DNA from: the human T2T-CHM13v2.0 reference genome, Homo sapiens
Assembly (NCBI RefSeq): GCF_009914755.1
Contig: NC_060934.1
DNA length: 64,000 nt
Strand: one strand, 5' to 3'
The notes under the pieces are model-generated. The model saw nothing but the letters and a program-made list of their open reading frames with translations, made no database searches and was not told where the DNA came from. The position numbers and the translations under genes were made by a program. Within the stretch, counting starts at the first letter, position 1; each line of letters begins with the position of its first letter. Below are positions 1 through 15,493 of this stretch, piece after piece.

Positions 1-1294
1 TGGGTGAAATGTTTTATGAAAACAGCTGCTGTAGACTCAGGGACATTTCTGCAATCGGTTCCTTTCATGAACACTGGGAGTTATGGTAAAAGAGTATTTG
101 TCTTGGCTGGAAACATCCAAGCTTACTTATTCTTCATGATTCCATATCCACTCTCTGGAGGTTCATTAACTTTTGCAATACTTTATTTTTAGTGCATTCT
201 ATACACTTCTCATGTGGTTCTGTTTGGATCTCTGTTTGGATCTCTGTGTGTTACTTTGAATCATTGTTGGGCATTACAGGAAAAGGGTCAGAAATCTCTC
301 AACTCAGTGCAGGGGCAGGAAAACCAGGAGGATCTTGACAGCTACGTATGAGGGTGGCAGGCATTTAGACTCCAGGGAACAGAATTAGCACATGTATAGG
401 GATAGGGGGTTGGGAGTATACAACTCTTTGGGGTTGCTGAAAAGAGGATGAGGTAAAGGAGGAAAGAAAAAAATTCTATCTTCCAGAATTTATTATTTTC
501 TGGCTTAAATGTCCATTCCCATCAACTTAAACTCAGCTATAGGGAGAAGTCCTCCCTAACTGCCCCAAGCAAAATTTATCCAACACTTTATCGTACCTCT
601 GGGATGTTCTCTACCACTTTACAGGGGAGTTAATCTTTCCCCTTCTTTTGAACTGAGATGGGGTAGTCCTGCCTTTCCTGAAAAGTCTGTATGGTCCCCA
701 GGTCCTTTCTTCCTGGCTTCTTTAGAGGCTAAAGAAGGGTCCAGTACCATAGCAGTTTGAAAAGGTACACTTCTTAACTACCAATGAATGAAAACACTGG
801 AAAAGAATTTGAGAGATGAAGCCATTAAAATTGCTTCTGCAGATGAATATTTAGTGAAATAAATAGTATTTTCTGGAGAAACAGGCTCTACCATATGATG
901 TAGAATATTTTATTTTTGTAATCACCCATTTATTTCTATATTTATGTACAGAAAGTGTTGGAAAGAATTTTACCAAAATGTTAATAGTTGTTATCTCTGA
1001 GGGAAGTTCTGGATGATTTTTTAAACAATTAGAAAAATTTGTTTCTAAACTATCTGTTTTGTTTTGTTTTTATGCCACAGATGGACCTTGTTTCATAAAG
1101 CAGGCACTGTGTCTTTTTATGAGCAGAGGCCTGGCCCTCAGTTTGTATGTGTTGAATGAATATATGACTGACTAATAGAGTAATGGCAAAAACAACTAGC
1201 TAGGGTTTAAAATCTATGAGAGGGTTTATAATTCATAAGTCAATGTGAAAGGCCTTTACAGCTTGTAAATGTACAAAAGCAAATGTGAGTGTGT

Positions 1295-1706
<412 letters not shown>

Positions 1707-3444
1707 TGAGCCCCTTTCAAATGCTTCCTAGCAACCATCCCTTCTGGAAGTCCGAGGTGGGTAACTTGAGCTCATGTTTAAGTCAGATTTATTTTACTTT
1801 AAGTTGTCCCCTTTTAGGGCTAATTTAGCAACACGCATGCCCTTTCTCAAGATTCTTATCAGATGGTGGTGAACTTTTAACGAATATAATGAAAAACATT
1901 TCCCCATCCTAGAACACGGGGGAAGGCAAAATGCAGCTTGACCCCGTCAACTTCTTTCATCTGGTCTCTGTAATCAGTTTTATGAAAAGCACATGGCTGC
2001 CCTGCTCTATCTTGATAAAGAACAGTTTTTCTGTTCCATTAAAAAAAATCGTTGGAGAGCTGTTTTTGATGTTGAGAGAAGACGAGGTGCAGCTGAGGGA
2101 GATGGGGAGGAGCCCTCTCCTCTGCGCCCTGTTTCGGGGGCAGCGAGCCCAGTGGGTTCTGCCTTTCAGGTCTGTTCCTTCATTACGGCAGCTGCACAGG
2201 AGGTCGCTGTCTGGGGACAGTCTCGGGTTCCTCCCCACCAGGGCTTTGTAGAGATTCACGCCTCAAGCCCAAGTGTATCCGGGAGCAGGGGCGAGGCAGC
2301 TGCAGCTGCCTCAAATGAAAATGAAAGAGGCATTTGTTCTCATCAGTATTGCTTAGAAGAGAAGAGGACTGGTCCTGGAGGTGTTTTCAGAGAGTTTTTC
2401 CAAACAGGAAAAGTTTTGGGTAATAGGCTGTCTTCCCAGCCAACTCCTAAGAGACCTGGTTGTGGGTCTGTAGTATATCAAAACTGTTTTGACCACAAAT
2501 ATTTATTGTACATCCACGAGGTACCAACCTTGTTCTAAGTGCTTAAACTATGTCAGCGAACAAACGAATAAAGCATCCTCCTCTCCTGTAGCTAGCTCAG
2601 ACTCAGAAGACAAATGAGGACTGGAATCAGTCAATCATGCAGCAGGTTAGAAGGTGAACGTGGTGTAGAAAGAAGGGACAGCAGAACTGAGCAAGGGATC
2701 AAGGATGCCAGGGATGGAGGGGCCACAGGTAGTCTATTTAGAAGGATGGCTGGGAGGAGTCTTATAAGAGAGGTGAGATTTAAGCAAGAACCACTGCCCC
2801 CAACAAAAAAACCCAAAAAACAAAGCATCCCAGCTATGTGACAAGAAAAATACTTAGATGTGTGTGCTCATTTCCACCTCATGAGGATTCCAACGTTGAG
2901 AAGAGAGAGCTCTGGTGACTGCCAGCCTGTTACACCCAACACATGGATGCTCCTGGACTGGTGAGACCTAAGTGCCTGGCTCTTCAGCCACCCCCTCCCC
3001 TTGGCACCCTTCTTTGTCTTGCTTCTGAAGTGCTAGCCTTGCCTTTTTTTTTTTTTTTAACCCTTTCAGGCCAGTTTCTCTGGCCTCTTTCTTGGGTTTC
3101 TTTTTTTTCACCAGTTTCTTTGAATGTTGGTTCTCCGAGGTTCTGTTCACCCCACCCATCTATTTCCCTTGGATCATCTTGCCCACACCACAGCTTTTAC
3201 AACCACTGGTCAGCTGGCAACTTGAGACCATCTCTGAGCTGAATGTCCTTCCTGAGCCCCAGTTCTGTCCCCCCAGGTGCTTTAGGAAGTCTAAAGCTGA
3301 ACTCATCAAACCTGTTTCCTTTGGGGAATTTTGTTGGTAACAGCTCTGCTTTCCAGCTAATGATGCAATCAGAAAGCCAAGAATCATTTCAGTTGTCCCT
3401 TTTCCTTTCCCAGCAATAATCAATATGCAAGGTGCTCACACATT

Positions 3445-3620
3445 GACAGTGACAGCGAACATTTGCTGAGTGCTCCTGGGTGTTAGGCAGCGCCCCCAGA
3501 GCTCTGCAGAAGGCAGGTGGGGACACATGGAAATACCTGGGCAGGGGGAAGTGGAGTGAGCAGCAAAACTAGGACTTGAACCTATGCCCTCAGACTCTGG
3601 AGGATGCACCTTTAACCACC
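3445..3620 (-). mobile_element. MIR fragment
   Basis: aacatttgctgagtgct ... ggacttgaacc ... cagactctgg resembles the reverse MIR consensus. Confidence 0.5.
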
Positions 3621-4255
3621 CCCATGAGATGAGGTCTTAGAGGTGCCCTGGGGTCAGATCCTGGAGGACTCCTCAGCTCACACTAAAGACTTTGTACTTT
3701 ATTTCTTAGCAAAGTGAGACCATGAAAGGATCTCAAGTGGGGTAAGAAAGAGAGGGGCACATCATGTGGTTTTTACTTAGAGGATCACTCTAGCTTCAGG
3801 GTGGGTGTCAGATGGTGGGAAAGAGGGGACGATGTCATGTTGTAATAGTATTGGCAAGAGACAATGCCGGCTTGGAGTGGAGCAGGGAGGCGAGGGTGGA
3901 GAGAAAGAGATGAGATCAGGAGATGTTGAGGAGACACTGTCAAGAATCTGGTGAAGTGCGGTGGAGGTGGCTGCCAGGAACAGGGAGTGACAGGATTGTC
4001 ACCTGCTCTTGCATCCAATTCAACTGCTTAGGAAAACAATGCCTTATTATAAAAGTCCTACATCTTTATTGTAGAATACAAAATGTAGAAAGAAAAACAA
4101 GAACAACATGTCTAGGTCCATTATGCACTGATAACTACTATTAATATTTGGTATTCACACATAGAGTGATATCTATATCTATATTGATATTATATATATA
4201 TAGTCATGTGTTGCTTAACAACAGGGACACATTCTGAGAATGTATCAGTAGGTGA

Positions 4256-4770
<515 letters not shown>

Positions 4771-5153
4771 AGAGTGCACTTTCACAAACCTAGATGGCAT
4801 TGCCTACTGCACACCTAGGCCGTGTAATCTAGCCATGGCTCTAGGCTGCAAACTTGTACAACATGCGACTGTACTGACTACTGTAGGCAGTTGTAACAGA
4901 ATAAGTATATGTGTATCTAACCATATGTAAACAGAGAAAAATTATAATAAAAATATGGTATAAATGGTAATAAAAGATAACATTAATATGGTATAAAAGA
5001 GAAAAAATAGTGCACCTGTATAGAGCACTTACCATGAGTAGAGCTTGCAGAACTGGAAGTTGCTCTGGGTGAGTCAGTGAGTGAGTGGTGAGTGAATGTG
5101 AAGGTCTAGGACATTACTATACACAACTGTAGACTTTATAAACACTACACTTA

Positions 5154-5582
<429 letters not shown>

Positions 5583-5982
5583 TTATCTGGCTGTACAATG
5601 TTTCTTTTCTTTATATCCTTATTCTATAAGCTTTTTTCTATTTTCTATTTTTTTTTTTTTTACTTTTATACTTTTTTGTTAAAAACTAAGACACAGACGT
5701 GCACATTAGCCTATGCCTACACAGGGCTAGGATCATCGCAAACATGTGAGCACGGTGTTCTGCTACATTATGATGACTATGATATCCCCAAGCATAGAGA
5801 TTTTTCAGCTCCATTATAATTGTATGGAACCCCTGTAAAATATGCAGTCTATTGTTGGCTGAAACACTGTTATACAATGCATGACTCTGTCTCTCTATAT
5901 ATGTATTATATTAAATTTGTATATGGTATATATGGTGTGTATACATTACATATATATAGTAATATACATAGTGATATACAGA

Positions 5983-6644
<662 letters not shown>

Positions 6645-7184
6645 TATATATATAGTGTGTATATGGTATATGTGGTGTGTGGGTGTATATATGCTGTGAG
6701 GAGGCAGTGATGTGAAGATGAGCAGGAAGAGAAGCAACCCAGGCTTCCTGTGAACTGGTGCTGGGAGCTGCCTGGAACCCAGCCATCGGTTACCGTCTTC
6801 TTCCAGCTCTTGAAGGCCACATGGCCTTACCTCCTGTGATTCCCTTGATACTGTTCCACCCACCTGCCCCATGGTTTTCTCTGCCGTCTTATCTTGTGGA
6901 TGATCCAACCTGGCCACCAACCTTACTCTATGGTCTTTCGGCTCTAGCCCCCGCAAGTCTCTGTGTCTCTAAAGACAGAATCTGACCAGCCCAGCTCTTC
7001 TTTGAGCCATGCTCATAAAAATCACTGGCAAGCCAATGGGTTGACTCTCTTGAGGTCACACATCTGTCCTTAGCTCCATGAGTCAATTTTATTTTTTTGG
7101 TCAGATAGGTTACACGTATTTTCCACCTGGGATACATGTATTAAATATATTGCTGGCAGTTAATTTCTCACCATTATTTCTTGA

Positions 7185-7586
<402 letters not shown>

Positions 7587-8339
7587 TGGTTACAGCCCTT
7601 CCCATCCTATTCTCCCTGCCTTGTCAGCAGAGAGAGCTACCTACCCAAAATGCAAACCTGGCTAGGACCTTTCTTAAATCTTCCAGTGGCTCCTGGGAAG
7701 CTTCTGGATAAAGTTCAAGTTCCAAAATGACAAGTTGGGTGTTTCCATGTGGCTCCCTCTTCCTCTGCATCTGGATGATGCCCCCATAGACATCCATGTT
7801 GCAGCCACACCCTGGGGGATTTCAGAAGCAGCCATGCTTTTTCCAGATGGCCCCTCTGACTGGGGCGTCCTTCTCACCTTCTCATTCTGGCAAACTGTTA
7901 CTTGTTCCTCAGTAAGCACTCAAGCCTCGCCTCTTCTATCTTGCTTTCCTTGACACTTCTCTGGGTTGGGTTAGTTTTTCTTTATACTTTTACCGTTCTG
8001 GACATTATTGGCCTGACAGTAACACACCATGTTGGAAGTGATTTCCTGTCTTTTCTTCTTCTAAATGGGATGTCCTTGAGGATCAATGACCGTCTTTCCA
8101 TTTCCCTAGTACTGAGACATGGGGTTGAATGAATGTTGCTGTGTGAAGGGACAGAGGGTTGGTTCATGGCCAGTTGCAGCTGATGGAATACCCTGGTAGC
8201 TGAGAGTCATCATAAATACTTATTACTATTTTGCATTTATTAAAGGAAAATGAAATGTATTTAACACCAACAATCCCCTAAATCAAATCCAATCCCCGAT
8301 GAAGCGTAAGTTACAGGTGTCTGCTGCCATAGGCTGGGT

Positions 8340-8590
8340 AGAACAGGGATTGAGGACAGAGGCTCTGAGCCTGGCAGCCCTTGTGTGAATTCTGGCTTAA
8401 CTTCTGGCTGTGGGATCTCAAGTGAGTGAGTTGACTTCTAACTTGGGGGCCCCTATCTGTAAAAATGCGGCTTATGAAGCATTGGTCTCACAGAGCTATG
8501 AGGACTGGGTGAGATAATGTAGCCAAGTACTTCTCATGGGGCCTGGCAAGGCCCATACTGGTTGGAGTTTGTGAATAAGTTATTATTAGA
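8340..8590 (+). mobile_element. MIR
   Basis: ggctgtgggatctcaagtgagtgagttgac...ctatctgtaaaaatg...gaggactgggtgagataatgt resembles the MIR core. Confidence 0.6.
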
Positions 8591-8820
8591 GTCTACTAGG
8601 ATTATTAGAGTGCTTCTTGGTGTTGGAGAAGCATCTCATACAGCAGCAGCACCTACAGAAGGAAAACATGATTATTTCCGTTTTCCAGTTGTTTCCTTTC
8701 TGGACAAAAAGCAGGCTGCATTGTATCTAGGGATTCTACATTGCAGGAATTTCCCCTTGTTTTTAAAGGCAGCTTCCATTGTCATAGCAAGTTTGAATAC
8801 TGCATTTCCCTCCTTTACTT

Positions 8821-9113
<293 letters not shown>

Positions 9114-9730
9114 CCTCCTTTACTTCTTGGCACCTTTAGAAGATTCTGACTGCTGTTCACTTAAGTGGGAACAGCACTGCGTGCACAATGCTCACTGTGC
9201 ATCTGCCCGTGTTCCGAATCACATCCAATATGACTTCCTGGCAGCGGGTTGGCGTCTGCGTATTGTTACTGCAGTGGTTGTCTACCTGAGCCTTGTCTAC
9301 TGTGAGCTGGAACACCTACCTCCCCCTCTGGAGAGCAGGAATTGGAGGTGAGATTTTCTCCCCAGAATCCAGCTCGGTGCTCAGTCAGAAAGGGGCTTAC
9401 ACGTGCGTTTTGCTGGTAAAACCAATTCACCTGCTCAGAGAGCAGCCTTAGTGATTAATGCACTTGGAAAGAGGGCGTTTGGCTTGTTCAGATCAGCCCG
9501 AGGTAAACTCATTTGTGTGGACAGCAGTTAATGGGGCAGGGCATGCTGACCCTGAGTGTTTTCTGATTTTCACATTCCAAATATGTGAAGTGTTTTCTTT
9601 GCAAGCCTCTCGTGTGATGGGAATAGGTGCATTTGTTCATTTCTTTCTGAGTCCGACTTCTACTTCTTTATTCTTAATTTGAGCTGGTGTCCAGGGTCCC
9701 TCCCAGCTTGGTTGGGATTAAGACGTTTCT

Positions 9731-10460
<730 letters not shown>

Positions 10461-10463
10461 AAC

Positions 10464-10750
10464 CAGGGTTCAGCAAACTATGATTCTTGGGCCAAATCTA
10501 GCCTGCTGCCTGTTGTTGTACTGCCTGCAAGCTAAGACTAATATTTAAATTATTGGGAAAAAAAATCAAAAGAACAATATTTGGTGACATGTGCTACTTC
10601 TTGGTGTAATTTTTATGCATCTACATATTGCTTGTAGCTGCTTTCATACTGCAGTGGCAGAGGTAAGTTTTTGGAATGGAGGTTCTATGGCCTGCAAAGC
10701 TGAAAATATTTACTATTTGGCCCTTGACAGAGAAAGTTTGCTGACCTCTG
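10464..10750. mobile_element. MER58B-like hAT-Charlie element
   Basis: Terminal inverted repeats cagggttcagcaaact / agtttgctgacctctg; internal ggcctgcaaagctgaaaatatttactatttggccc. Confidence 0.8.
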
Positions 10751-11194
10751 CTTTACACTAACAACAATTCCTTGCAAATTTATTTTCATCTTTGCAAATG
10801 ACAATCGCTAGCTAGCTTTCTGTCTGTCTTCTAAAAAAAGTCAAAAGATGGTACAGGAACATAGTAGATAATCAATTGTGTTCACTACTAGTGAAGAGGC
10901 ATTTCTTTATCTGTAGGGACACATTGCATTTTGGTTACATTTTTGGTGGTACTGTGGGCTTTGCTACTTCAGGCTTCAGGGTTATATATGTGTCTCAGAG
11001 CCAGCCATGCCTCCAGGAACTTTGCAAGGGCCTGCTTGGGGGTAGGTGTAGGCATGTATAGAAATTGCTTTTAACTAACGTTTGGTTGTTTTCTGGCAAG
11101 GCTTAGAACACACGCTAAGTCTCCTAGATGTGATTTGAGAATCAAAAGAGAAAAATGCATGTAAAGTGCTTAGTACATTGATTGGTACTTACTA

Positions 11195-11584
<390 letters not shown>

Positions 11585-11700
11585 TCAGATTTTCACAATG
11601 TTAGAACATCAACAGGAAAGTCATGTACTTAGGAAACATTTCCAAGTGTGAAATGAGTTTGGATCCGTATCACAACATTGCCGAAATGGTGGCTCTACAG

Positions 11701-11851
11701 CAGTGGGTCTCCACCAGGGCAGATTTTGCCCCTATTTGCATCTGGTGGGTAAGGCCCCGGGAGCTGCCACATCTTACAATGTATAGGACAGTCCCCACAG
11801 CAAACATCACCTGGCCCAAGATGTCAGCAGTGCTGAGGGTGAGAAGCTGCT
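11701..11851. mobile_element. MER20-like hAT element (internally deleted)
   Basis: cagtgg..ctc..ccagggcagattttgcccc ... catcttacaatgtataggacagtcccc ... ggcccaagatgtcagcagtgctgagg..gagaa. Confidence 0.7.
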
Positions 11852-12638
11852 CAAGGAGATGGAAGGAAACATTCTGAAAGAAAAAATAGGAGGATGATAT
11901 GACTGATCTTAAATATGTAGACAGCTTCCCTTGTATTGTGCTTTCATTCCCTTTAGACTCTTACAGGGAGTTCACTGAATTTCCAATGAGCCTCTTGAGG
12001 CACGGGGCTGTGGGTGCTGCTGAACAGGACAGCTGGGTATTCTTGGCAAGCTCTAGGAGATTCTACTGAGACATTTTCACAGGGCCTTTCCAGTAAACTG
12101 AAGCTCCTAGGACTCCTCTCTCCTAAAGAGACCCTATGAGAAGAACCAGTTCATTTTTAGGGGGTTAGCTTGCAAGCCTGAATGATGTTAGTTCTCTTGT
12201 TATATACCACATGTGGGGATACTTGCAGTTTCAACAACTTTCTTTTTGGAATAATTTTAGATTCACGGGAAAGTTGCAGAGATAACACAGATACCTTCAC
12301 TCAAAAATCCCCAAATGTTAATATTTACATTTGCTTTATTGTTCTGTATAGACATCTTACTCATTACCATTTAGAGTAAATTGCAGACAGAATGTCTCTT
12401 TCCCTACATATTTCAGTGTATATTTTATAAAAACAAGAATTTTCATATATAATCATGGTACAATGAACAAAATAAGGAAGTCAGTGCTGCTACCATAATG
12501 TATCTAATCTATAGACCTCGCTCAGATTCCACCGGTTGTCCTGCCAGTGTCCTTTACAACAATCTCTTTTTGCCCCTTCCCCCATGAGCCAGTCAAGAGT
12601 CACACACTGTATTTACTTGTCCTGCTTCCCCAGACTCA

Positions 12639-12936
12639 TTTTTTTTTTTTTTTTTTGAGATGGAGTCTTGCTCTATCGCCCAGGTTGGAATGCAGTGGCA
12701 CAATCTCAGCTCACTGCAACCTCTGCCTCCTGAGTTCAAGCAATTCTCCTGCCTCAGCCTCCTGAGTAGCTGAGATTACAGGTGCCTGCCACCATGCCCA
12801 ATTAATATTTGTATTTTTAGTAGAGACGGGGTTTCACCACGTTGGCCAGGCTGGTCTTGAACTCCTGACCTTGTGATCCACCCACCTCAGCCTCCCAAAC
12901 TGCTGGGATTACAGACATAAGCCACCACGCCTGGAC
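12639..12936 (-). mobile_element. AluS
   Basis: Full Alu; TSD tccccagactc at 12627-12637 and 12937-12947. Confidence 0.94.
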
Positions 12937-13047
12937 TCCCCAGACTCTTTTTAACCTAGAATGGCTTCTTGGCTCGCTTTGTGTTTCATGACCTTGATGG
13001 TTTTGAGGAGGGGGAGGCAGGCTAGTTATTTTACTTAATGGTTCTCA

Positions 13048-13174
13048 ATCTGTTGCCTGGGCTGGAGTGCAGTGACATGATCTTGGCTCACTGCAACCTC
13101 CACCTCCCGGACTCAAGTAATCCTCCCACCTCAGCCTCCCAATTTTTGTGTATGTGTGTGTATATATATATGTG

Positions 13175-13228
<54 letters not shown>

Positions 13229-13307
13229 CTGGGATTACAGTATATATATATATATATATATACTGGGATTACAGTATATATATATATATATATATACTGG
13301 GATTACA

Positions 13308-13358
<51 letters not shown>

Positions 13359-13392
13359 CTGGGATTACAGGCATGAGCCACCATGCCTGGCC
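13048..13392 (-). mobile_element. Monomer-length Alu (FRAM/FLAM-like or recombined) split by a compound microsatellite
   Basis: ggctggagtgcagtg...cctcagcctcccaa, then [(TG/TA/CA)n], then ctgggattacaggcatgagccaccatgcctggcc. Confidence 0.8.
13147..13370. repeat. Compound (TG)n(TA)n(CA)n repeat followed by [(TA)n-CTGGGATTACAG]x4
   Basis: CTGGGATTACAG at 13229, 13263, 13297 and 13359, separated by (TA)n. Confidence 0.95.
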
Positions 13393-14072
13393 CCTATTTG
13401 TCTCTTTACTGGTGATGTGAACTTCCACCTGGTTAGGGTAGGATATGCCAGGGTTCTCTACTGTAAAGTTATTTCTATTTAGTTATTTGTAAGTATTAAG
13501 TGTCTTGGGGGTGGTTCTTGGAAACTCCATAATTACCTTTTTCTTATGATATTCTTACCTGCTAGCTTTATTGCCCATTGATATTTCTTGCCTGAAACAA
13601 TTATGATGACGTTGCCCAATGGAGATTTTTTTAAAAAACACCATCATTCCTTTTACATTGACTTAGGATTTGACTGTAAGAAAGAGCTTTTCCTCCTTTC
13701 TCTTTATTATTTTAAATGTACCTATCTCTGTATGGACTCATGGATTCTTACTGCATTCTGTGGACTATAACCTGTTGCTGCCATGATTTATTTTGGTGTT
13801 CAAAGTGTCCCAGATTAGGTTGTTGGAACCTCCTTCATGCCAGCTCCTGTGTCCTTTTGACATGCTCCCATCTTTCTTTGAACGTTCCATAATTTCTGGC
13901 ACAACATGATATTCTAGGTTTATTTTGCCTTTTCCTGTATTCTCCTGGAAATCACTCGTTTCTCCAAGGAGCCCTGGTTCCTTTTATTGGAGAATGGTAA
14001 TTAGAAATCAAGATCTGGGCCCTAGGTGTGCCCATTACAGCTATTTCCTCATCAGCAGACAGGGCTAGGAAA

Positions 14073-14076
<4 letters not shown>

Positions 14077-14119
<43 letters not shown>
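14077..14119. repeat. (TG)n microsatellite
   Basis: About 21 perfect TG units. Confidence 0.97.
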
Positions 14120-14121
<2 letters not shown>

Positions 14122-15493
14122 CTGTCTGTCTTTCCATCCATGCTGATACCTCCAATTTTAATCCAACATCATGGGGTTCATTCTAACTTTCCTCTTTTCC
14201 ACTTTTATAACTTTGTTTCTCAATAGTGAAGAACTTGGCTCTCAATATTCACTATATATTTACCTCTCTGCTCAATTCTAAAATATACATAAAGTATTTT
14301 TGGAATTGCCAACCTATACCACTATGAAAGACAAATTGACTAATTGGAGTTCAATCTTTATTTTCTACAGCTTTTTTTGTTTTGATTTTAGCCTGAAGTG
14401 CTAAAGTGTGAATACAATGCTGTGCTCAGAAGTCATTTTAAGTTCTTTTTTGCTTTCTTCAGTGTGCTTATGTTTTTTATTTGAAGTACATTTAGGTTCA
14501 CTTGTTTCTGTTTGAATTCCATTTTGAGTGCCCCCCTTCTCTTGTTCGTTAAATTTTTTTTTGAGTATGTGAACTAACATGGTTCTAAAAGCCAGAACTA
14601 TGCAAATATCATCCTCAGAGAAGTGTCCTTTATTTCTTTCCCTTACCCCTGTTCGTATCATTTCTACCTCTTTCCTTCCTACTGCCCTGCAGGTATGAAT
14701 CTCATTCATTTCTGGTTGATCTTTCCTGTTTCTTTTTGCACAAATGAGTGGATACAGGTATAAATGGATCATTCTTCCTCCTCACACTGAAGAGGAAGGC
14801 AAACTGCATCCATCTCAAGCCTGCTGGGAGATCCCAACAGACACTCTGGGCAGCTCTCCCAGGAAGAATTCAGCAGAGTAGCCCAAATGTCACTGGTGGG
14901 GCTCTGGCCACTGAGCTGGTTCATGCTCAACCACTTGCCTTTCCCATTTACGGGAGCCCAGATGCCCACCTGATGCAGCCAGAGGGAAAAATGACAAGAG
15001 GGGACAGAATGGGTGACGCTCATGTGTGCCAGCAGTGGTCAGAAGTTCCCTTACCCAGAAAACAGGAAACAAAAGCAAAACAATTTAGGCTATTTGAACA
15101 TCTTTGCAGGATAGGGTATCAGGAAGTTTTAAAGTAAAAGCCTTCCTCTTACAAGTATTTCCCATAAGAAACAGGTAAAAATTTAGAAATCTAATGCTTA
15201 TCATGCTCAAAAACTTGTGAAAGACTATGACCTTTATGAAATGGACTCAAGACATTTCCATGAGAATAGGAGAATGTGAGAGATGAACAGAACATGACAT
15301 TTATGGGAAAACTTAGCATGCCTTTGCTGGGTCTATGGTCTGTGGTAGAACAAGGAGGTAAGAAATGAATGAAGATGTAGAAGATTCTGTAATGTAATCG
15401 ATGAGGATGTAATGATTTGGGTGCTGATGCAACTTATAGAGTGTACATCATGTCTTCAAGAACTCATCAAACATACACAATATGTATACCAGC

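Larger units (their letters stand above)
12235..14770 (-). mobile_element. Old L1MC/L1MD-type 3' region interrupted by Alus and (TG)n
   Basis: ataattttagattcacgggaaagttgc; ttctccaaggagccctggttccttttattggagaatggt. Confidence 0.65.

Noticed and set aside
219-247. 12-bp tandem duplication ctgtttggatct x2
   Set aside because: An ordinary small slippage duplication with no further structure
13229-13370. Regularly spaced direct repeats (CTGGGATTACAG) resembling a CRISPR array
   Set aside because: The repeat is a 12-bp Alu word, the spacers are (TA)n rather than unique, there are no cas genes, and the DNA is primate
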